A stretch of DNA of 32,000 nucleotides, taken from positions 150,001 through 182,000 of the forward strand of contig CP011211.1 in assembly GCA_001029695.1 (NCBI GenBank), in the 5' to 3' direction. Below, one piece after another: positions 16,389 through 23,018 of the stretch. The DNA comes from Candidatus Saccharimonadota bacterium. Lineage in GTDB: Bacteria > Patescibacteriota > Saccharimonadia > Saccharimonadales > Saccharimonadaceae. How positions within the stretch are numbered: the first letter of the stretch is position 1; every line of letters starts with the position of its first letter. The translations under genes were made by a program, and so were the position numbers. The notes beneath the pieces are model-generated. The model was not told the origin of the DNA, made no database searches, and saw only the letters and a list, made by a program, of their open reading frames with translations.

Positions 16389-16712
16389 TTACATTCGGAT
16401 TTCTGCATCGACACCAGCTGGAAGGCTGAGGTTCTGCAGGCTGTCAATTGTCTTTGGCGTTGCATTTGTGATGTCGATAAGACGTTTGTGAACACGCATC
16501 TCAAACGCTTCTCCACCTGTCTTGTAAACGTGTGGTGACTTAACGACCGTAAATGTGCTACGACGTGTTGGTAGTGGCACTGGACCAGCGATACTTGCAC
16601 CAGTACGGATAGCCGTATCGATGATTTGCTTTGCTGATTGGTCAATAACTTTGTGATCGTATGCCTTTAGGCGAATACGAATACGTAGGCCTGCTGCTTG
16701 CTTATCTGCCAT
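16389..16712 (-). CDS. rpsJ: 30S ribosomal protein S10 (uS10 / NusE)
   Basis: 107 aa, …[26 protein letters not shown]…HKRLIDI…. SD AAAAGGAGTTATCTC. Separated from rplC by 4.2 kb. Confidence 0.96.
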   Translation of the reverse strand: MADKQAAGLRIRIRLKAYDHKVIDQSAKQIIDTAIRTGASIAGPVPLPTRRSTFTVVKSPHVYKTGGEAFEMRVHKRLIDITNATPKTIDSLQNLSLPAGVDAEIRM

Positions 16713-16805
16713 GAGATAACTCCTTTTATGTGCTACGCTGTAACCTCTTCTCGGAGTTAAAGATATACCGGACGAGTTCTCAACGTGATTTAATAATACC
16801 TAGCT

Positions 16806-16834
16806 ACTATACACTATCCGACACTTATGCGCAA
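16806..16834 (-). promoter_or_regulatory. Promoter of monocistronic rpsJ
   Basis: The minus strand reads TTGCGC (16834-16829), a 17 nt spacer, then TATAGT (16811-16806). Confidence 0.5.
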
Positions 16835-16851
16835 CGAACGCAATATATACA

Positions 16852-16880
16852 TTGACTTTACAAAGTAATTATGCTATAAT
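16852..16880 (+). promoter_or_regulatory. Promoter of P6, divergent from the rpsJ promoter
   Basis: TTGACT (16852-16857), a 17 nt spacer, then TATAAT (16875-16880), with TGc immediately upstream (extended -10). Confidence 0.65.
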
Positions 16881-16952
16881 TCATCTACTATCTCGACCAG
16901 AGGTGGTGAACCTGCGATTACCTTATCGCAAACAATTCGAGAGGAGCAGGCA

Positions 16953-17252
16953 ATGTCCGAAATGTTGGTTAAAGCAGACAAGCGGTCTATTGTCGTTCTC
17001 AGTGATCTCACACAGCAATACGAAAGTCATGCTCGTATTAGCAAACGCCCCACAACTTCAATCTGCATCGCAAGGAGCAATGAAGACGGGAGCGAGCTAG
17101 ATATCGAGTCCGCTTCATTTCTTATCGAAAGTACGAGCTACAGCAGAAGATACAAAGCGGTAGTGATTCTCGGTAGGGTTGACGATGACAAAGTCATTGT
17201 TCATTTCTACGACAACCGACGTATCATGCCGCGCATATACCCAAGAGAGTGA
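16953..17252 (+). CDS. Small orphan protein P6, 99 aa
   Basis: ATG preceded by GAGAGGAGCAGGCA (SD). The C-terminus contains KVIVHFYDN. Confidence 0.6.
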   Translation: MSEMLVKADKRSIVVLSDLTQQYESHARISKRPTTSICIARSNEDGSELDIESASFLIESTSYSRRYKAVVILGRVDDDKVIVHFYDNRRIMPRIYPRE

Positions 17253-17275
17253 GCATCACTTGAACCTCTCTCCCA

Positions 17276-17323
17276 CCCCTTCAAGTCTACTACTGGAATA
17301 GTATATGACTTGGAGGGGTTTTT
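17276..17323 (+). terminator. Terminator of P6
   Basis: CCCCTTCAAGT (17276-17286) pairs with ACTTGGAGGGG (17308-17318, one G-U pair), then TTTTT. An upstream ACTTGAA (17258-17264) could alternatively pair with TTCAAGT. Confidence 0.6.
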
Positions 17324-17324
17324 A

Positions 17325-17353
17325 ATGACAATAGTTAATTATTATGATATAGT
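17325..17353 (+). promoter_or_regulatory. Promoter of the P7 unit
   Basis: ATGACA (17325-17330), a 17 nt spacer, then TATAGT (17348-17353). Confidence 0.5.
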
Positions 17354-17435
17354 ACGCATAACTCTTCGCTACCGTGAAGAGAGTACGCCTAGAGTTTAGA
17401 CTCGGCAATACAATCTGGACAGAGAGGCGCAAAGC

Positions 17436-17534
17436 ATGATAAAAAATAAGCTACTAAGATTCGTTTGCTGGCTAATGGTTGTGGTATTTCCCGCAGAGCC
17501 ACCCGAAAAGGGGCCTTACAACCGCATACCTTAA
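17436..17534 (+). CDS. Possible 32 aa hydrophobic upstream ORF in the P7 leader
   Basis: My translation is MIKNKLLRFVCWLMVVVFPAEPPEKGPYNRIP. GAGAGG lies 8 nt upstream. It stops 23 nt before the P7 ATG. Confidence 0.3.
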   Translation: MIKNKLLRFVCWLMVVVFPAEPPEKGPYNRIP

Positions 17535-17557
17535 ATACTAGCCCGAGAGGAAAAACA

Positions 17558-17899
17558 ATGAGCGACAACGAAGAAACACTGCAACTACTCGCAAAAGCGT
17601 TATTCGTAGAAGCAACGAGCATTCATGCTAGAATGCAACGAAACGGCCTGGACATCAAAACAACTGATTTCCTTTTAGCCAAGGTAAGCAAGCTGCTTGA
17701 CCACCACGGCTTAACTGATGATCCGGTAGTTAGCAAGGAAGTTAACCTCTCCACTATTGCTGACATCGTCAATAACGATCTTGGCAAAAACTCCACCTTC
17801 GAAGTGGTATTCGAGGTACAGTATAGAGCACCGGAAGATAGAACATCAGTGCCTGCTCCATGCTACACAGGTCGATACAGGCATCCGATTCCATCATGA
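17558..17899 (+). CDS. Small orphan protein P7, 113 aa
   Basis: ATG at 17558 preceded by GAGAGGAAAAACA (SD). The track's TTG start at 17465 lacks an SD. Confidence 0.6.
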   Translation: MSDNEETLQLLAKALFVEATSIHARMQRNGLDIKTTDFLLAKVSKLLDHHGLTDDPVVSKEVNLSTIADIVNNDLGKNSTFEVVFEVQYRAPEDRTSVPAPCYTGRYRHPIPS

Positions 17900-17940
17900 A
17901 AGGTATTCGAGGATATGGCTATTCGCCTCTCTGTCCTCGT

Positions 17941-17983
17941 CTACAGAACAGTCAATTATAACGATCAATTGACTTGTCTGTAG
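17941..17983 (+). terminator. Long hairpin after P7; no U-tract
   Basis: 17 nt arms (17941-17957 / 17967-17983) pair at 15 of 17 positions, with a 9 nt loop. It directly abuts the P8 promoter. Confidence 0.4.
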
Positions 17984-17993
17984 ACGATGAAAT

Positions 17994-18022
17994 ATGACAA
18001 GTGGACATATTTACCGTATAAT
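17994..18022 (+). promoter_or_regulatory. Promoter of P8
   Basis: ATGACA (17994-17999), a 17 nt spacer, then TATAAT (18017-18022). The imperfect palindrome GTATCAC-N3-GTGTTAC follows. Confidence 0.5.
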
Positions 18023-18101
18023 TATAAAAAGAGTATCACACCGTGTTACGTACCTTTCGTTCAAGCGCTCGCTTATAACGACCACTCGAAAAGAGAGAAC
18101 T

Positions 18102-18503
18102 ATGCCAATTTCGTACCTACTTATGGTAGCTCGATGGCTGTACAGAGTTATCACAGGCAATGAGCCGACGTATCATAAGGGCTACGAAGTCGCCCAAGTG
18201 AAGGTTGCGGAAATCCATGATGCCACCCCAAAAGCAATCCTTACGGAGGCTATTAAGGCGGCAGACGTGGTAGCGAGCGTCATGAGAAAGTCAAAGGACG
18301 ATATAGAGGTTGAGATAACACCATTTCCCTCTACTAGTGGACTAAGCTATTTGGAGATTACCCATCTTTTAGAAAGCTTAACCGCCACCACGACCCGAAC
18401 AGGACTGCAATTCATTCATCTCATCGAACGGAGAGCATACTTCAGTAGGGCTGACGGTCAGCACGCAGGCTCAGTAAACACCGAGTACTACGAGCAACAC
18501 TAG
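18102..18503 (+). CDS. Small orphan protein P8, 133 aa
   Basis: ATG at 18102 preceded by AAAAGAGAGAACT (weak SD). The start is uncertain; the track's ATG at 17994 lies on the predicted -35 element. Confidence 0.5.
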   Translation: MPISYLLMVARWLYRVITGNEPTYHKGYEVAQVKVAEIHDATPKAILTEAIKAADVVASVMRKSKDDIEVEITPFPSTSGLSYLEITHLLESLTATTTRTGLQFIHLIERRAYFSRADGQHAGSVNTEYYEQH

Positions 18504-18524
18504 CCATCCATAAGACAGAATTAC

Positions 18525-18586
18525 AAACCTCGCCTCACGGTAGTACCTCGCGGTTCTTCTGGAATTGGCGAGGTTTTACCTTTTTT
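18525..18586 (+). terminator. Terminator of P8, with a duplicated 5' arm
   Basis: AAACCTCGCC (18525-18534) pairs with GGCGAGGTTT (18567-76), then TACCTTTTTT. The loop carries a second arm copy, ACCTCGCG (18545-18552). Confidence 0.55.
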
Positions 18587-18605
18587 CACCCATACTCGCC
18601 GATAT

Positions 18606-18634
18606 TTGATGAAATAGACAAAGCCTTATATACT
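18606..18634 (+). promoter_or_regulatory. Promoter of P9
   Basis: TTGATG (18606-18611), a 17 nt spacer, then TATACT (18629-18634). Confidence 0.55.
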
Positions 18635-18689
18635 TATATGTAGAGATGGGAGTACTCATCTTTCGGATCTTTGCACCTCAGACCACATC

Positions 18690-19079
18690 ATGTATGTGCC
18701 GACAACGGATGAAGACATGAAGTCTCAAGCAATAAACGCTCCAGGTTCAGCTGACGCTGAGTACAGAAAAACACAGTCGGCAAAAATAACCAGGGACAAT
18801 AAGAAAGAGCTGGCTATTCGACTCGCGCAAGAGTTCAAAAACCGCTCGCGCCATTCGCCCAGCCTCCTACAGGCTACGATCAGCTTTCGGTCCATCCAAA
18901 GAATATGGATCAAAGATGTTTCGGCATTGACTCACCGGATATATGCGTGGCAAGACACAAAGACACTCCATGAAATTGCAGACCTTGCAACGAGTAGCTT
19001 TACTGGCTTGCAGGCAAACTTTATCATCTCTTACGACCCAGAGGACAGCATTTTCCGCTACCAACACCACTCCGCTTAA
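18690..19079 (+). CDS. Small orphan protein P9, 129 aa
   Basis: ORF with its own promoter and terminator module. There is no clear SD at 18690; an alternative ATG lies at 18717. The C-terminus contains NFIISYDPEDSIFRY. Confidence 0.5.
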   Translation: MYVPTTDEDMKSQAINAPGSADAEYRKTQSAKITRDNKKELAIRLAQEFKNRSRHSPSLLQATISFRSIQRIWIKDVSALTHRIYAWQDTKTLHEIADLATSSFTGLQANFIISYDPEDSIFRYQHHSA

Positions 19080-19116
19080 TTCGTCGAGAAGTAATTCTCC
19101 GAGAAGGCGGAGTTTT
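19069..19116 (+). repeat. 3' module copy 4 of 4; overlaps the last codons of P9
   Basis: ACTCCGC-TTAAT-TCGTCGAG-AAGTAAT-TCTCCG-AGAA-GGCGGAGT-TTT. Confidence 0.7.
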
Positions 19117-19149
19117 ACATTTATAATCACCCTAAAAGCACTATCACAC

Positions 19150-19181
19150 AAAAATACCCCTGATCGCTCAGGGGTATTTTT
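19150..19181. terminator. Bidirectional terminator between P9 (+) and tuf (-)
   Basis: Perfect 13 bp stem AAAATACCCCTGA (19151-19163) / TCAGGGGTATTTT (19168-19180) with loop TCGC. Confidence 0.75.
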
Positions 19182-19198
19182 GTAAGTTAGAGAACTAA

Positions 19199-20383
19199 CT
19201 ATTTGTTGATCTTAGTAACAACACCGGCACCAACAGTTCGGCCACCTTCACGAATAGCGAAGTTTAGACCCTGCTCCATAGCGATTGGCTGAAGGAGAGT
19301 AACCTTGAATGTCAATGTGTCACCAGGCATAACCATTTCTTTGTCAGCTGGAAGTTCAACTTCACCAGTAACGTCAGTTGTACGGAAGTAGAACTGTGGC
19401 TTGTAACCCTTGCTGAATGGTGTATGACGTCCGCCTTCTTCCTTCTTAAGGATGTAGACTTCTGCTTCAAATTCAGTGTGTGGGTTTACAGAACCTGGCT
19501 TAGCAAGAACCTGTCCACGCTCAACCTGATCACGCTCGATACCACGAAGGAGAAGACCTGCGTTGTCACCAGCTTGACCTTGGTCAAGGTTTTTCTTAAA
19601 TGCTTCGATACCAGTTACAACAGAACTCTGAGTAGCTTTGATACCAACGATTTCGATTGGATCGTTTAGCTTGATGATACCCTGTTCAATACGACCGGTA
19701 GCAACTGTACCACGTCCCTTGATTGAGAATACATCTTCGATAGGCATAAGGAATGGCTTATCAAGGTCGCGTACTGGCTCTTCAACGTAGCTGTCAAGAG
19801 CAGCAACAAGTTCCATGATCGCTTCTTCAGAAGCTGCATCACCTTCGAGGGCCTTAGTAGCAGAACCCTTGATGATTGGAGCGTTGTCACCATCGTAACC
19901 GTTCTTAGTAAGAAGTTCGCGAACATCCATTTCAACAAGCTCTACGAGTTCTGGATCTGCAAGATCCATCTTGTTTAGGAAAACAACGATCTTTGGAACG
20001 TTTACCTGGTGAGCAAGAAGAACGTGCTCACGAGTTTGTGGAAGTGGACCATCGTTTGCAGCAACAACGAGGATTGCTCCGTCGATCTGCGCAGCACCGG
20101 TGATCATGTTCTTTACGTAGTCGGCGTGACCTGGCATGTCAACGTGTGCATAGTGACGTGCTTCTGACTCGTATTCCTGGTGAGATGAAGCAATCGTGAT
20201 ACCACGAGCTTTCTCTTCTGGAGCGTTGTCAATCTCGTCGTAGTTACGAGGTTTGTTAGTTTCGCTTGGAAGCTTCTTTGCAAGCACGTGTGTGATTGCT
20301 GCTGTCAAAGTAGTCTTACCGTGGTCAACGTGACCCATAGTACCAACGTTGACGTGAGGCTTGGTTCGATCGAAATCTGCCAT
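19199..20383 (-). CDS. tuf: Elongation factor Tu
   Basis: 394 aa, [23 protein letters not shown] and NKMD GTPase motifs. SD AGGAGATATAATCCACA. Confidence 0.98.
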   Translation of the reverse strand: MADFDRTKPHVNVGTMGHVDHGKTTLTAAITHVLAKKLPSETNKPRNYDEIDNAPEEKARGITIASSHQEYESEARHYAHVDMPGHADYVKNMITGAAQIDGAILVVAANDGPLPQTREHVLLAHQVNVPKIVVFLNKMDLADPELVELVEMDVRELLTKNGYDGDNAPIIKGSATKALEGDAASEEAIMELVAALDSYVEEPVRDLDKPFLMPIEDVFSIKGRGTVATGRIEQGIIKLNDPIEIVGIKATQSSVVTGIEAFKKNLDQGQAGDNAGLLLRGIERDQVERGQVLAKPGSVNPHTEFEAEVYILKKEEGGRHTPFSKGYKPQFYFRTTDVTGEVELPADKEMVMPGDTLTFKVTLLQPIAMEQGLNFAIREGGRTVGAGVVTKINK

Positions 20384-20452
20384 TGTGGATTATATCTCCT
20401 AATTAATTATATTCGCGCACAGCCGTAAAATGACTCCACGACGTATGCCTGT

Positions 20453-20481
20453 AATTATACAGGGTTTCTTACTGTTCGTAA
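20453..20481 (-). promoter_or_regulatory. Putative tuf promoter
   Basis: The minus strand reads TTTACG (20481-20476), a 17 nt spacer, then TATAAT (20458-20453). Confidence 0.5.
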
Positions 20482-20493
20482 AGAGATATTATT

Positions 20494-21168
20494 TTACGGC
20501 AACGACTCAAAATAGCTACTGTAGTGAGTAAGATAGTGACCCTCGAGCGCTTGAGCGTACATTACAGGCTCCCCACCTAAGACGTCTGTAGCATATGCAA
20601 GCCGACGAAGCGTATCGATGCATTTTTTCTCGGAATCCAACTGATATTCAAATGACTCAAAATCAGGACGTAATAGCGATGACTTAATATCTCGTGCAAC
20701 ATATTTTTGTAAACAAAACCCATACTGACAATTCACATCATTATTATTAAGAGTCACCCTACAGCTGTCCAGTTCGTGACGACTCTCTTTGGGCAAGACA
20801 ACATCATACGCCCTTGGTAGCCAATCATCGATTTCTTCACGTGTATGCGTTTCCTCGTAGGCGGGTATTATCACGTCGTAAAACGCACGACGAAACTGTT
20901 CCTTGCCACTCTCCTCATCTCTCTCGAACTCCTCTCGAGAAGGAAGAACTCCCTTTTCTAGCAAGTCGCCGACAAAGTCATCTGCAAATGAATCCAACTG
21001 GTCGAGACTCCAAGCTCCATCCTCATAACCCGGAAGAATAAACTCTTGATAAACGTAGCGCTGAAATGCCATATGTATAGTTACGTAGTCTTTGCAATGA
21101 TGTAAATCGCTAAAGAGTACATAGACTGGAGGTTTTTCGTGATTCATTTCGCCGTTCTCATAACTCAT
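20494..21168 (-). CDS. Hypothetical acidic cytoplasmic protein, 224 aa (237 aa if it starts at the TTG at 21207)
   Basis: Long ORF, third gene of the fusA-tuf island. Rich in D/E (e.g. EEFERDEESGKEQ). No domain recognised. Start uncertain. Confidence 0.55.
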   Translation of the reverse strand: MSYENGEMNHEKPPVYVLFSDLHHCKDYVTIHMAFQRYVYQEFILPGYEDGAWSLDQLDSFADDFVGDLLEKGVLPSREEFERDEESGKEQFRRAFYDVIIPAYEETHTREEIDDWLPRAYDVVLPKESRHELDSCRVTLNNNDVNCQYGFCLQKYVARDIKSSLLRPDFESFEYQLDSEKKCIDTLRRLAYATDVLGGEPVMYAQALEGHYLTHYSSYFESLP

Positions 21169-21210
21169 AGTACATGAGACTATACGCCGAGATTCATGTA
21201 AATTCAAGTA

Positions 21211-22284
21211 CTATTGAGCGTCGTCGTCAAGCGCAGCTGCAACTTGGCGTATAAACACAACAAGCCATCCAAAGATGATACCAGCAGCGATAAGTTCAAA
21301 CGTCGTCAAGTTAAAGTATTCAAGTCCAACCCATAGCCAGTAACACAAGATTAATACGCCCATTAAAGCGTACGACAATGCGAAGAAGGCTTTAGAAAAT
21401 GATGGCACAAGAAGTGGCAGCGCGATGATAAGTCCTACGAAAAGGACTGCCATACCGCCTGCAGCTGTATTATGTAAAAGCGGATCAGTGTCGTAAGCAA
21501 AGACACCCACAAGTGCCAAAAAGATACCGATGAGCGCAAGTACTACGCGCACAGCAGTTGTCTTAGCCTTTTTATACAAGAGTGCCTTTTGCTTCAGCTT
21601 TGCAAAGTCTTCAGCTATATAGTCAGAAAGACTCACGATCACCGCCCCAGCAATAATAAGCGTAATGTTAAACGCATAAGAAGACGCGGAATCGCCCGCG
21701 CCAAGTGCACTAAAGTGGCGTTGCCACCAGTACGGATCCTCGGCAGTAATCATACTCGTCAGTGCACCGCTCACGAGAAACACAGCAAGTGCCGTCGAAA
21801 TACGTAGGGTTGTCATCTGAGCAGCCACGAGATATATAATATAGCTCAACACAGCTACTGTCGTTGCGACAATCGCCGAAGCAGCATACTGATCAAGAAG
21901 TAACCCCCTAAAGGCATCGTGAATAATAAAAAAGGCACCAGCCAACAGCAGGAAGCTAATAGATGCATGCACAAATGCAAGCGCCATTGTCGTCAATGCT
22001 AAGTGTAATTTCTGAGCGCGGCTTCGCTTCACCGCTTCGCGTACTCGAGTCGATGCAATCATATAGCCCACAAAAGCCGCAATTGTACCAAGAACTGCCG
22101 CCGCAAGCCCAACTGACCCATCCCGCCCAAAGAGTGGAACTGCCGGACTTTGAAAATAGAGGTAGCTTGCAATGAGCGACGCGATGAATGTCGCTCCGCC
22201 GTAGTAAATAGCCCGCGTCTCGATCGAACGACTAGTGCGACTAGTGGCGCTCAATGCCTTTTGCGTTTTTGGAGATTTCGTCAT
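21211..22284 (-). CDS. Polytopic membrane protein, 357 aa, about 10 TM segments, unknown family
   Basis: ATG at 22284 (MTKSPKTQK…). By eye there are ten hydrophobic segments. TGcTATAGT lies 6 nt upstream of the ATG. The upstream 45 codons in the track have no support. Confidence 0.6.
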   Translation of the reverse strand: MTKSPKTQKALSATSRTSRSIETRAIYYGGATFIASLIASYLYFQSPAVPLFGRDGSVGLAAAVLGTIAAFVGYMIASTRVREAVKRSRAQKLHLALTTMALAFVHASISFLLLAGAFFIIHDAFRGLLLDQYAASAIVATTVAVLSYIIYLVAAQMTTLRISTALAVFLVSGALTSMITAEDPYWWQRHFSALGAGDSASSYAFNITLIIAGAVIVSLSDYIAEDFAKLKQKALLYKKAKTTAVRVVLALIGIFLALVGVFAYDTDPLLHNTAAGGMAVLFVGLIIALPLLVPSFSKAFFALSYALMGVLILCYWLWVGLEYFNLTTFELIAAGIIFGWLVVFIRQVAAALDDDAQ

Positions 22285-22449
22285 GCCACAACTATAGCAT
22301 GCCCCTCGTTGAGAATCATAGCTACCAGCTCCTATTCGTTTCGTCCTTTGTAGACTCCTAAGAATCGGACTCATCAGAACAATTTTTAATTGTTGACGAA
22401 TAGAGCACATGGCGACCAAGCTGATTACTTGGCCGCCGAAGAAAAGATA

Positions 22450-22887
22450 CTACGGCAACTTGAGAAAGTGTGCGACTGCATCACCGAATATAGCGTCTGT
22501 AATGTCACCTCTCTCCTCAACTGGCTTGATCACATCAGGTAAAAGCTGTAGCTGCAATCTACCGCTAGTGTGATCTCCTATCCACTCAAATCGCACACCC
22601 AGAAGTATCCAGTACCGTTCATCGCTCATGTCATTGATCAGACAGAGTAGCCTATTCTCGAAGACGCTGACCACTCCACGTACCGCAAAGTCGTGCTTCT
22701 CGCCATCGATGTAGACTCCAACAGGATATCGGGTACTAGCCTGACTATGTGCATCATCGGCCGAACCAATCAGATGGCCCGTTAGCGCTACAGCTGTGCT
22801 ATGCACCTCCACCTGTCTCATCAAATTCTTTTCTGATTGATCTGATTCGAATTGTACATCTGCACTGCGATAGACGAGTGTACTCAT
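22450..22887 (-). CDS. Hypothetical protein, 145 aa
   Basis: ATG at 22887 preceded by AAAAGAGCTACT (SD). First gene of the island, with its own promoter. Confidence 0.55.
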   Translation of the reverse strand: MSTLVYRSADVQFESDQSEKNLMRQVEVHSTAVALTGHLIGSADDAHSQASTRYPVGVYIDGEKHDFAVRGVVSVFENRLLCLINDMSDERYWILLGVRFEWIGDHTSGRLQLQLLPDVIKPVEERGDITDAIFGDAVAHFLKLP

Positions 22888-22943
22888 AGTAGCTCTTTTC
22901 TGTGCTCGTAAGGTGCGAGTGAAGTATATCACTGCATATTAAT

Positions 22944-22972
22944 ATTATAGCATATTAACGTTATATATACAA
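22944..22972 (-). promoter_or_regulatory. Promoter of the three-gene fusA-tuf island
   Basis: The minus strand reads TTGTAT (22972-22967), a 17 nt spacer, then TATAAT (22949-22944), with TGc upstream (extended -10). Confidence 0.6.
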
Positions 22973-23001
22973 ATACACCGCCTCTACTGGGCGGTGTATT
23001 T
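22971..23001 (-). terminator. Hairpin terminator after fusA
   Basis: Perfect 12 bp stem AAATACACCGCC (22971-22982) / GGCGGTGTATTT (22990-23001), 18 nt downstream of the fusA stop. Confidence 0.65.
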
Positions 23002-23018
23002 GTTATGCATTTTATCGA

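Noticed and set aside
17389-17622. 77 aa minus-strand ORF across the P7 leader and start
   Set aside because: It is antisense to a well-supported cassette, has no SD or promoter, and is Cys/Ser-rich.
13281-19116. Considered whether the four repeated 3' modules form a CRISPR array or are integron attC sites
   Set aside because: The spacing is irregular (about 0.55-4.4 kb). Each copy is a hairpin plus T-run at a gene's 3' end. There are no cas or integrase genes and no GTTRRRY core sites, and every cassette has its own promoter, unlike integron cassettes.
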